A DNA stretch of 26,341 bases. It comes from an uncultured virus (IMG/VR IMGVR_UViG_3300046839_000025) (lineage: Duplodnaviria > Heunggongvirae > Uroviricota > Caudoviricetes). The DNA lies in the IMG/VR virus record IMGVR_UViG_3300046839_000025. One strand, written 5' to 3'. The notes under the pieces were generated by a model. That model did no database searches. It was not told the DNA's origin and saw nothing but the letters and a program-made list of their open reading frames with translations. This document shows, in pieces, positions 17,065-24,693 of this stretch (position 1 is its first letter; each line of letters starts with the position of its first letter). A program made the position numbers and the translations under genes.

Positions 17065-19422
17065 TTATGGACGAAGGCGTTCAGGTGGTATGTAAACCCA
17101 CTGAGAGCCATAGAGTGGAATGCGGATTTTCTTTTCGAACCGATGCCAGCCGAGCTTCACCAGGATGGCCCGAATTTTTGCTCCTTCCGCGATGGTAAGG
17201 TCGGCCCGGTTCTTTCCAAAACACTCGCACCAAATCTCCATGTTGGAGACGCTGGTGCGCTCAATCGTCCCGGTGCGAAGATCTGCTCCAAACTCGCTTT
17301 CACCATTTAGGAAGTTCCTCCGCTCATACAGGGTCATGCGGTCCCATTCGGAAGGGAGCTTGGTCTGAAGGTAGGAGACTACAATGCCTTCCCGCTCATC
17401 CGACTCCATGGCTTTAAGCTGCTCTGTCTTCGCAACATCCTGAAGCTCTGGCTCAAGGTAGAGCTTTTCACCAGCTTTAGCATACTCTAAGGCCTCTGCC
17501 CAGATCTGCTTGATGTCTTCCTCCGTAAGGTCCCAAGGGTGCCTGGCTAAACTTCCTGGTGTCTTGACTGGCCAGAACCTTCTGTTTCCTGTGGTGTCCC
17601 GAAGATACCCAGTCTCTGCGTTGGTGGTGCCAAAGAACACGCACTGGCGTGGGTGAGGCGTTGTGCGGCGCCCGAAAGACGCCCGGTAAATGTCGTTCTG
17701 GCGGGATAAAAAGGAACGGAGCGTTTCCACTTCTGCTTTTCTTAAACCTGCCAGCTCTCCAATCTCTAAGATCCAGTAACCCTGGAGCTTTTCTGCTGCG
17801 GTCTTATCTCTCGTATCACTGAGGTTAAGAGAGTCCGAGAACCATTCACCGGCGAGCTTAGCGATCAGGGTTGACTTTCCAATTCCCTGAGGGCCGTTAA
17901 GGACCAGCATGGAGTCGAACTTACAGCCAGGATGCATAACCCGGCATACGGCAGCGCAGAGGGTCTTTCTGGTGACGGCCCGGACATAGGCATTGTCTTC
18001 TGCACCGAGGTAATCGATAAGAAGGGTGTCGACTCGCTTCACGCCATCCCATGCGGGAAGTGATGCAAGAAACTCGCGGATAGGGTGATAGGATCTGTCG
18101 TCCGCCACCCTTGCCAGAGCGATCTGGTAGAAGCGCTGTGAAAAGTTTCCATAGTGTTCATCCACGTAGCTTACAAGCTGGGCGTCGTCTGCATCCCTCC
18201 AGTACTTGGTCGGATGATTCCAGGGCACCTCTCCTTTTATTTCCAGACAGTCAAGCTGCTGGTTGTAGACAATGGCCTTAAGGTTTTCATCGTTCTGAAG
18301 AATCAGAGTCAGGTTACCAAGTTCGTTCTCAATATTTCCTCTCCTGTTTAAGGTGAGCTTTCCCATCCAGTCTTCTGAATTGAATTCCTCCATGGCCTGC
18401 TCCCGGCGCTCTCCGGTTATCAGCCCCCTGACCTTTGCGTCACCACGGGCAAGATCAATCATTGCCTTATACGACGGGAGTTTTGTCACCGGAGTGTCAT
18501 CCGGGTACTTCTCATCAAGGTCTCTGAACTTATGCAGCCTGACTAAGTCAAAGGCATTAAGCAGCCTTCCGCAGGCTGGGTCGGTTGCGTGGTGGGAGTA
18601 GGAGAACTTGTGTTCATAAATCACGACACCAGCCGAGGACTCGCCCTTGATATAGTCGTAGCGGCCAGAAATTACTGATGGCGCGTAGACATCAGGCAGG
18701 AAGGTTTCTATCGCGTCTTCCACGCTGTAGGCCCGGCAAAAACAGCCAATCAGGCCAGGTTTAGAAAGAGGGTCTTCCACTTTTTTAAGCGCGTTGTGCC
18801 GCACTTCAGACTGCCTGGAGGACACTGGCCAGGTGGATTCATCCCGCCAGTCGTCGTATCTAGAAAGGTAATCGTCCGGATCAAGCAACTTTCCATCGTG
18901 CTCCCTATAGAAAAACATCACATTTGAAGAGGTGGACGGCCAGTACATCAGCCGGTGGGCTTCATAGGTCGAGTCGTCGAACAGGTCAATTCCGATTTCT
19001 TTAGCTGCCATACGTCCTACCGCAGGATACTCGGCTTCCGATACCTCTCTTTTCAGAGGAATGATCATGCGAAGCCTCGGGTGCTCTGGGGTGTGCTTAT
19101 GCGTGGAGTAGACGCAGAACGAGTAGGGAAGTTTCGACAGGACTTCATCCCACACACCTGGCGTGCCGTAGTCCATGTCTAAGGCTAGAGCAGACCTAGA
19201 GAGGACGTGGCCTTTCTTGCGCCTTCCAGCTTTTAAGTGGCCAAGGACGTAGCCACCTTTATCTTTAATTTCTGCCTGCTTTGCTTTTGGCATCTTCTTG
19301 TATTCTTCTACCGTTTCCGTTGTTTTGATGGTCTGACTGACCCTGGTCTTGAAATCCTCCCAGCTGATTTCGCTGTTCTTCCAGTGAAGCTCTTTTCGGC
19401 TGTTTCCATAAGAAATCTTCAT
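17065..19422 (-). CDS. VapE-family primase/helicase (virulence-associated E protein)
   Basis: N-terminal primase-like LDMD...YSTHKH...PRLRMIIPL; P-loop GPQGIGKST; EIGEL; GTTN...LRDTTGNRRFWP. Confidence 0.9.
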   Translation of the reverse strand: MKISYGNSRKELHWKNSEISWEDFKTRVSQTIKTTETVEEYKKMPKAKQAEIKDKGGYVLGHLKAGRRKKGHVLSRSALALDMDYGTPGVWDEVLSKLPYSFCVYSTHKHTPEHPRLRMIIPLKREVSEAEYPAVGRMAAKEIGIDLFDDSTYEAHRLMYWPSTSSNVMFFYREHDGKLLDPDDYLSRYDDWRDESTWPVSSRQSEVRHNALKKVEDPLSKPGLIGCFCRAYSVEDAIETFLPDVYAPSVISGRYDYIKGESSAGVVIYEHKFSYSHHATDPACGRLLNAFDLVRLHKFRDLDEKYPDDTPVTKLPSYKAMIDLARGDAKVRGLITGERREQAMEEFNSEDWMGKLTLNRRGNIENELGNLTLILQNDENLKAIVYNQQLDCLEIKGEVPWNHPTKYWRDADDAQLVSYVDEHYGNFSQRFYQIALARVADDRSYHPIREFLASLPAWDGVKRVDTLLIDYLGAEDNAYVRAVTRKTLCAAVCRVMHPGCKFDSMLVLNGPQGIGKSTLIAKLAGEWFSDSLNLSDTRDKTAAEKLQGYWILEIGELAGLRKAEVETLRSFLSRQNDIYRASFGRRTTPHPRQCVFFGTTNAETGYLRDTTGNRRFWPVKTPGSLARHPWDLTEEDIKQIWAEALEYAKAGEKLYLEPELQDVAKTEQLKAMESDEREGIVVSYLQTKLPSEWDRMTLYERRNFLNGESEFGADLRTGTIERTSVSNMEIWCECFGKNRADLTIAEGAKIRAILVKLGWHRFEKKIRIPLYGSQWVYIPPERLRP

Positions 19423-19748
19423 GCGCGTTCCTCCTCAATCTGGTCCGTAAGAACCTTCGTGATAAACTTCAGAGCCTCTAAGATCGTGGAAAGCTCCGAG
19501 TCTCCACCAAGGATCAGTTCAAGCCCGCTATTGTCCTTAAAGTAATTTCTAAGAGGGCGAACCGTGATGTCCGTTCCTGCCATATCCTCGATTCGGATGT
19601 AGGTCCTGCTGCCATGGCCAGTGTCCCCACCGCAGTAGCCGTTTGTCCCAGCTTCAACCGAGAGGATGTTTGCGTCAAAGATCTCCCGTTTCCAGGTCTC
19701 GATTTCTTTTCCTTTGACCTGCCTTGTGTCTATTCTTGTTTCGTACAT
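19419..19748 (-). CDS. Hypothetical phage protein (109 aa)
   Basis: VEAGTNGYCGGDTGHGSRTY; ATGA coupling to vapE. Confidence 0.75.
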   Translation of the reverse strand: MYETRIDTRQVKGKEIETWKREIFDANILSVEAGTNGYCGGDTGHGSRTYIRIEDMAGTDITVRPLRNYFKDNSGLELILGGDSELSTILEALKFITKVLTDQIEEERA

Positions 19749-20071
19749 GTAAACGCCTCCGTCCTGTGAAATCTTCTGATTGGGATTTCTCTTTTTATGG
19801 CCTCTGTTGCTTCAAGAAGCATGCCAGATGTGACCTTGCTTCCGAAGATCCAAAGCTCATCGCACTTTGATAGAATTTCCTTATTCATCGATAGCGCAAG
19901 GCTCCGCTCATCCGGGTTGCCGTCATCCAGAAATTGTGGAAACAGCAGATGGGGAGCTATCGGGATCCCGCCTAGATTTAAAGCGAATCTGCAGTAAGAC
20001 TTGGCGAGATCTAGGTTTGCTTTCACATCGCCAGAGTAGGGGCTGCAGATAAAGATAAGTGGCCGTTTCAT
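19730..20071 (-). CDS. DUF4406-like / nucleoside deoxyribosyltransferase-fold protein
   Basis: IFICSPYSGD...PIAPHLLFPQFLDD...LSKCDELWIFG...GMLLE; RBS AGGAGG. Confidence 0.75.
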   Translation of the reverse strand: MKRPLIFICSPYSGDVKANLDLAKSYCRFALNLGGIPIAPHLLFPQFLDDGNPDERSLALSMNKEILSKCDELWIFGSKVTSGMLLEATEAIKREIPIRRFHRTEAFTCTKQE

Positions 20072-20153
20072 GACTTCACCTCCTGTAAAGTACTTGTGAG
20101 ATAACTTCTACAGGTATTCCGTCAAAAGAAATGGGCAAGATCCGTACTTCTTC

Positions 20154-20852
20154 TTAGAAATTCCGCACGTGTTTTTTGAGCTCCGGGTCCTGCCTGAGCC
20201 TTTCGTAGATCCTCTTGACCTTCCTCTGGATGACCCGCTCGTTCCGGCTTTTCATCCTGGCGTAGTTTGCGGCGGAGTGGTGCTCCAGAATCACATACTG
20301 AAAGATCTCCTGGTCTTCCTTACTAAGCGTACTTACGACTTCAAGGATCCGATCAAAGGCAGAGCCCTGGGTCTCGTTAAAATTCCAAAGGTCAAAGAGG
20401 GCAGAGGACTTGTCGCTGCAGCCTTCTTCTTCATCCGATGACAGGATCCGGTCTAAGGAATCAGTCCAGTTCTTTGGGAAGGCTTCTTTTACCGCTTCCT
20501 CAACGTATTCAGAAGATGGGGCGTAGCCGTGATCACGCATGAAGTTTTTGATGAACGCTTCTTTCCAGCCTTCCATTTCTCTTTTTTCTTGATCGCTGCG
20601 GTTTGGCCTTCTTGCTTTCAAGTTGTAGTAAACTTCTGAATCCTCGATCGAGTAGAGGGCTTTGATGTCTTCTTCTTTGACTCCGTCCTGGCCCGGGATG
20701 ATTTCGAATTCTTCGATGAAATCAACATTTCTTCCTTCGTGCTGCTCACGCATTGGGAATTTGTAGGTGTAGGAATAACGCTTCTTCTGATCGGTCTTTC
20801 TAAGCTGATCAGCTTTGTTTTCTGTATGGACATAAACTTGTTTCCTTTTCAT
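20154..20852 (-). CDS. Sigma70 region-4-like transcriptional regulator
   Basis: C-terminal LSKEDQEIFQYVILEHHSAANYARMKSRNERVIQRKVKRIYERLR; RBS GGAGG. Confidence 0.65.
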   Translation of the reverse strand: MKRKQVYVHTENKADQLRKTDQKKRYSYTYKFPMREQHEGRNVDFIEEFEIIPGQDGVKEEDIKALYSIEDSEVYYNLKARRPNRSDQEKREMEGWKEAFIKNFMRDHGYAPSSEYVEEAVKEAFPKNWTDSLDRILSSDEEEGCSDKSSALFDLWNFNETQGSAFDRILEVVSTLSKEDQEIFQYVILEHHSAANYARMKSRNERVIQRKVKRIYERLRQDPELKKHVRNF

Positions 20853-20893
20853 CGTGTTTCCTCCAGTCCATCCCGAACCGAAGGAAGCATGGC

Positions 20894-20956
20894 AAAAAGA
20901 GCATGGCAGGCCTCTTCGGAACGAGATATTACGTTTCGATACGGCCAGCCATGCTC
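20894..20956 (-). terminator. Long terminator-like hairpin 2 in the leader
   Basis: GAGCATGGC-T-GGCC...GGCC-T-GCCATGCTC followed by TTTTT; inner stem 20916-20923/20932-20939. Confidence 0.65.
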
Positions 20957-21061
20957 GTAGGCTGGGTTACTTTAATTTTGTTTCTCACCTCTGCTCGAGC
21001 CACCTCTGCGCGCCGGGGTGAACAGGTGTAAGAAAGAGACTTTTACCGTCATCCTCAGGAC

Positions 21062-21138
21062 AAAAACAAAAAACCGGCAGACAGTTATCTCGACGCAAAA
21101 GGAAAAACTTCCTATTGCTTTTGATATCTGTCTGCCGG
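21062..21138 (-). terminator. Long terminator-like hairpin 1 in the leader
   Basis: Perfect 11-bp stem CCGGCAGACAG/CTGTCTGCCGG with inner stems, followed by TTTTTTGTTTTT. Confidence 0.72.
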
Positions 21139-21259
21139 ATTCTTCACGGTGCTCTGCGCTGTTGCGCTGCCGAGTTCAATACTTCGTGCAAACTTGTGAT
21201 GCAGCCAGGCTCTTAGCGGTTCTCTGCCGGGTTCAGCTCGTGTACTGCAAACCCCAATA

Positions 21260-21442
21260 TTATTTTTTCAGATGGGCGGGTGATTTATTGGAATGCCTTA
21301 GGATCTCAACCGTTACTTTTCCATCCATGACTTCATAGTTAAGTAGGGCCCCGCATTTTGGGCAGGACGTTTCAGTGTTTGTCCCATCGCCGGAACGCCC
21401 AAGTCTATACCCACATTCGGGGCAGGTGGTGAAGAGCTTCAT
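21260..21442 (-). CDS. Small zinc-ribbon protein (60 aa)
   Basis: CPECG...CPKCG; GGGGGA upstream; start could also be TTG 21451. Confidence 0.7.
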   Translation of the reverse strand: MKLFTTCPECGYRLGRSGDGTNTETSCPKCGALLNYEVMDGKVTVEILRHSNKSPAHLKK

Positions 21443-21463
21443 TGTGATCAATCCCCCAATCTG

Positions 21464-21498
21464 TTAGATGATGTCTTTTAACACTTTGACAGCGATGC
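21464..21498 (-). pseudogene. lexA: Detached 3' end of the lexA-like gene
   Basis: Removing the IS and one TGC restores ...IQG IAVKVLKDII* in frame. Confidence 0.9.
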
Positions 21499-21583
21499 TA
21501 CAATGGTCCCATAGGGTTGGACAGGTATTCGGAAAATTATCGTGAACATGGTAGAATAGCAGTAGAAGAAAGGAGCATCTGTC

Positions 21584-21919
21584 ATGGCACGAAGGACGAA
21601 TTACAGCCCCGATTTTAAAGCAAAGCTGGTCATTGAGATCCTAGAAGGTGAGAAAACACTGAATGAGGTTGCAGCCAGTCATAACCTGAACCCGAATATG
21701 GTTCGGAGTTGGAAGAAAGAGTTCATAGAGAATGCGGGACGAGTCTTCAATGAACGTCAGTCGGAGAAGGAAATCCGCAGAAAGGAGGAGGACCTGGAAC
21801 GGGATCGCGAGAGAATGCTGAAAACCATTGGTCAGCTCACCTTGGAACGTGATTTCCTCCAGGATTGCTTTCGCGAAACTGGATATCCCGTCCCGGATGT
21901 TGATAAAGAGAAATTCTGA
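21584..21919 (+). CDS. IS3-family transposase OrfA
   Basis: RRTNYSPDFKAKLV...HTH...WKKEF...IGQLTLERDFL; RBS AAGGAG. Confidence 0.92.
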   Translation: MARRTNYSPDFKAKLVIEILEGEKTLNEVAASHNLNPNMVRSWKKEFIENAGRVFNERQSEKEIRRKEEDLERDRERMLKTIGQLTLERDFLQDCFRETGYPVPDVDKEKF

Positions 21920-22733
21920 CTTATCAGTCAGCCGACAATGCGAACTGTTGGGCGTGAGTAGGTCAACAGTCTACTATGAGCCCAAGAAACCATCAGAGAG
22001 CGAAATACAGTATCGTGAGGAACTGATGGGAGAGATTGACAAAATACACACGGATATGCCGTATGCCGGTCAGCGGAAGATCCTTGAAACGCTGAAGAAG
22101 AATGGGTATCAGATCGGCAGAAAGTTGGTCAGAAGCCTGATGCGGGAGATGGGGATCATCACAATCTATCCGACACCGAATCTTTCGAAGTGCACACGAA
22201 GGGATCAGATCGTTCCGTATCTGCTCCGGAATGCAAATATTTTTGCTGTGAATCAGGCATGGTCGATCGATATCACGTATATCAAACTACATAGGACACA
22301 TATGTATCTGACAGCGATCATAGACTGGCACAGCCGAATGATCGTCGGATGGAAGTTATCGGACGTACTGGATACGTATCCAGTCATAGATGCAGTCAGG
22401 GAGGCAACAGAGAGATATGGGACACCAGCAATCATCAATTCCGATCAAGGAACACAGTTCACCAGTAGAGAATATAAGGGGCTTCTGAAGTCAATGAAAA
22501 TTCGACAGAGTATGGATGGAAAGAGTCGCTGGGCAGATAACATCAAGATTGAAAGATGGTTTCGTAGCCTTAAAACGGAGAAATTGTACACAGAAGAGTA
22601 TGAGACCCCGAAGGAACTCCGTCAGGCGATCAAAACATACATTGATCAATACAATAATCAGAGACCACATGAAGCATTGGGATACAAAACACCCGCAGAG
22701 GTTTTTGGAGAGAGTTTTGAGACCGCTGCATAA
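21897..22733 (+). CDS. IS3-family transposase OrfB (DDE)
   Basis: WSIDITYI, NSDQGTQFTS, SMDGKSRWADNIKIERWFRSLKTE, YNNQRPH; frame open from 21828, true start uncertain. Confidence 0.92.
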   Translation: MLIKRNSDLSVSRQCELLGVSRSTVYYEPKKPSESEIQYREELMGEIDKIHTDMPYAGQRKILETLKKNGYQIGRKLVRSLMREMGIITIYPTPNLSKCTRRDQIVPYLLRNANIFAVNQAWSIDITYIKLHRTHMYLTAIIDWHSRMIVGWKLSDVLDTYPVIDAVREATERYGTPAIINSDQGTQFTSREYKGLLKSMKIRQSMDGKSRWADNIKIERWFRSLKTEKLYTEEYETPKELRQAIKTYIDQYNNQRPHEALGYKTPAEVFGESFETAA

Positions 22734-22809
22734 AAGAAAATATGATACATATATGGTAAATAATGGCACATGATAATTGTTCCAAAATTTGTCTTGACAA
22801 AGGGGACCA

Positions 22810-23388
22810 TTATATGCCCTGGATAATGCATGACTCTACATAGATATCATTCATCCTCTTGTTTTCCGGATGAAGGCGGATGCGCTTTTCCTTTGGCTCC
22901 GGATAAAAACGCTTTAAAGTCGCTTCGTCATCCATCAAGGCAACAACAACCTGTCCGGGCTCCGCTGTATTTTGTTTCTTAATGAGAACGAGATCGCCGT
23001 CATTTATTCCAGCATCGATCATAGAATCGCCGTTTGCGTGGAGCAGAAAGAAATCACCTTTGCCGAAAAGGGAAACCGGTAAGGGGATATACTCTTCGAT
23101 ATTGCCGTCTGCGTACTTCGGGATGCCGCAGGCAATACTTCCGAGAAGTGGGACTAACTCAGTGGACGCCTTGGTCTGTTTCATTTTACGGGTTACAATT
23201 CCCTTATGTCCTTTATATTCGATCTTGCCTTCGCTTCGAAGGTCCTGCAGGTAGCGTGACACGGTCGCATTAGAAACACCTGTTTCTGCTGCGATAGTCC
23301 GAGTCGTTGGAGAAACGCCATGCGCTTCCTGATAAGAATCGATAAAGGAGAGCAGGGTCTTGTAGTACTCTGGATTCTTAGACCTCAA
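22810..23388 (-). CDS. lexA: LexA-like repressor (S24 peptidase), C-terminally truncated by the IS
   Basis: wHTH (SPTTRTIAAETGVSNATVSRYL), IACG cleavage loop, GDSM serine, TLKR lysine; TTG start with GGAGG; new stop lies inside the IS end. Confidence 0.9.
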   Translation of the reverse strand: MRSKNPEYYKTLLSFIDSYQEAHGVSPTTRTIAAETGVSNATVSRYLQDLRSEGKIEYKGHKGIVTRKMKQTKASTELVPLLGSIACGIPKYADGNIEEYIPLPVSLFGKGDFFLLHANGDSMIDAGINDGDLVLIKKQNTAEPGQVVVALMDDEATLKRFYPEPKEKRIRLHPENKRMNDIYVESCIIQGI

Positions 23389-23440
23389 ATCTTGTCCTCC
23401 TTTCTTAAAGTATCAATTGATTCTGTACCTTACAGTTTTT

Positions 23441-23468
23441 ATTATACGAACAAGAGTTCTCTAGTCAA
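23441..23468 (-). promoter_or_regulatory. SigA promoter with a Gram-positive SOS (Cheo) box in its spacer
   Basis: TTGACT-16 nt-TATAAT; CGAACAAGAGTTCT (GAAC-N4-GTTC) at 23447-23460. Confidence 0.82.
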
Positions 23469-23582
23469 TATGGTAATTTTGCTGTCAGAGAAGCTGTCGC
23501 TTTTTCTGTACACTTGAGAAGAAAGTGGGAAGATGGGTAGAAAAGGGCAGAAGAGGGTGCCTGAAAATCCGATTTTTATATA

Positions 23583-23658
23583 GTCCGTAAAGTTGCGGCA
23601 CATTGTCGTGAAATTGCGACAGTTTATGTTTGCGGGGCTGCCATTATGCTGATATACT
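23583..23658 (+). promoter_or_regulatory. WYL-gene promoter with upstream palindromic operator candidate
   Basis: TTGCGG (23630) -17 nt- TATACT (23653) with extended TG; TGTCG-N8-CGACA at 23604-23621 and a degenerate copy 21 bp upstream. Confidence 0.55.
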
Positions 23659-23697
23659 ATTATTTATTGAGTATGAGAAAGAACCGGAGGAGCTAAG

Positions 23698-24681
23698 ATG
23701 CCAAACGGGAACAGACAGAAAATCAAGCTGCTGAAGCTCATGGAGATACTTTACCAGCAGACCGATGAAGAGCATCCGCTTACGACCAGCCAGTTAATGA
23801 AAAGACTGAATGATCTTGGAATTACCTGTGACAGAAGGACGCTTGGAAACGACATCGCGACGCTGAACGAGTATGGCTATGAGGTCTTAAGCTGCTACGT
23901 TGGCCATGAGAAAGCCTACTACGTGGTCGACCGGACATTCACGGTGCCAGAGCTTAAGATTCTGATCGATGCCGTCCAGGCGGCAGGCTTTATCACAGAG
24001 AAGAAGACAAAAGAATTCGTGGACAAGATCGCAAGTCTTGGAGGAAGCCACCGAGCCGAGATTCTGAAAGGCAATATGGTCTGCTTCAACACAACAAAAC
24101 ACACGAACGAAGAGATCTACTACAACATCTCCGAACTCGAAAATGCGCTTCTTCATAAGAAGAAAGCCTCCTTCTATTACTTCGACCGGGACGAAAAGGG
24201 GCAGAAAGTCTACCGGCAGAACAAAGAGCGCTACATCGAAAATCCGATGGCTCTGATTTACAACAACGATCGCTATTACCTGATGTGCTATTCCTTCAAG
24301 CATAACGGGATCTGCAATTACCGGATTGACCGCATGGAGCATGTCAATACGGAAAAAGAGGACGTTGCTCCGGAGGCCATTATGGAAGCAGGAGACATCG
24401 GAGAATACACCGAGCAGGTCTTTAAGATGTACGGCGGCAAAGCCGAAGACCTTGTCCTGGAGTTTGACGACAAGCTGATCGGCGTCGTGCAGGATAAGTT
24501 TGGCGAAGGCACAAAGATGATCCGGACAGCCCCGGATAAATGCGCAGCTTCGATCAAAGTGCAGATTTCACCGACCTTCTGGGGCTGGCTATTTCAGTTT
24601 GTCGGGCAGATGAAGATCCTGTCGCCGGAAAGCTTGATGGAGGAGTACCGGGAGCGGGCGAAGATGGTAACTCAGGAATAA
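23698..24681 (+). CDS. WYL-domain transcriptional regulator (wHTH-WYL-WCX)
   Basis: N-terminal HTH (TDEEHPLT...CDRRTLGNDIATL), NPMALIYNNDRYYL, YRIDRM, C-terminal FWGWLFQF...ILSPESL; RBS GGAGG. Confidence 0.9.
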   Translation: MPNGNRQKIKLLKLMEILYQQTDEEHPLTTSQLMKRLNDLGITCDRRTLGNDIATLNEYGYEVLSCYVGHEKAYYVVDRTFTVPELKILIDAVQAAGFITEKKTKEFVDKIASLGGSHRAEILKGNMVCFNTTKHTNEEIYYNISELENALLHKKKASFYYFDRDEKGQKVYRQNKERYIENPMALIYNNDRYYLMCYSFKHNGICNYRIDRMEHVNTEKEDVAPEAIMEAGDIGEYTEQVFKMYGGKAEDLVLEFDDKLIGVVQDKFGEGTKMIRTAPDKCAASIKVQISPTFWGWLFQFVGQMKILSPESLMEEYRERAKMVTQE

Positions 24682-24693
24682 GAAAGGAATAGT

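Larger units (their letters stand above)
16275..17148. repeat. Diverged tandem duplication, ~435-bp unit (16275-16711 and 16708-17148)
   Basis: Each unit = vapE 3' end + intergenic region + VRR-NUC 5' end; offset 433 at the ATG (16367/16800) and 437 at GTGGAAC (16484/16921). Confidence 0.92.
21499..22814 (+). mobile_element. IS3-family insertion sequence, 1316 bp, 3-bp target duplication TGC
   Basis: Terminal IRs TACAATGGTCCC.../...GGGACCATTATA; TGC at 21496-21498 and 22815-22817; orfA plus orfB. Confidence 0.93.
1..23470 (-). mobile_element. Siphovirus-like prophage (partial; left end, lysis and integration modules not in window; right boundary approximate)
   Basis: Co-oriented minus-strand regulation, replication, packaging, head and tail genes in canonical order; AGGAGG-type RBSs; Gram-positive SOS box. 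Confidence 0.93.

Noticed and set aside
16628..17148. vapE 3'-end duplicate as a diversity-generating retroelement TR/VR pair
   Set aside because: Mismatches are not adenine-specific (e.g. GGC/GGT, TCT/TCG, CCT/TCT), no reverse transcriptase is in the window, and the duplication extends over non-coding DNA
16275..17148. Duplication as a simple assembly stutter
   Set aside because: The copies differ at many positions and have unalignable AT cores; a chimera of two templates is not fully excluded
10921..19422. 'Virulence' genes (VapE and the virulence-related protein)
   Set aside because: These are legacy annotation names; motifs and context indicate phage replication or unknown phage functions
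20960..21060. Possible self-cleaving ribozyme or riboswitch in the leader (CTGAGGATGA...GAAAC)
   Set aside because: Does not match the hammerhead CUGANGA core with the required stems; no known riboswitch consensus recognised by eye
504..21338. Many plus-strand ORFs (e.g. 1077-1820, 7590-8339, 8454-8921, 21018-21338) and alternate-frame minus ORFs
   Set aside because: They are antisense or out-of-frame shadows of well-supported phage genes or of the structured leader, with no recognisable motifs
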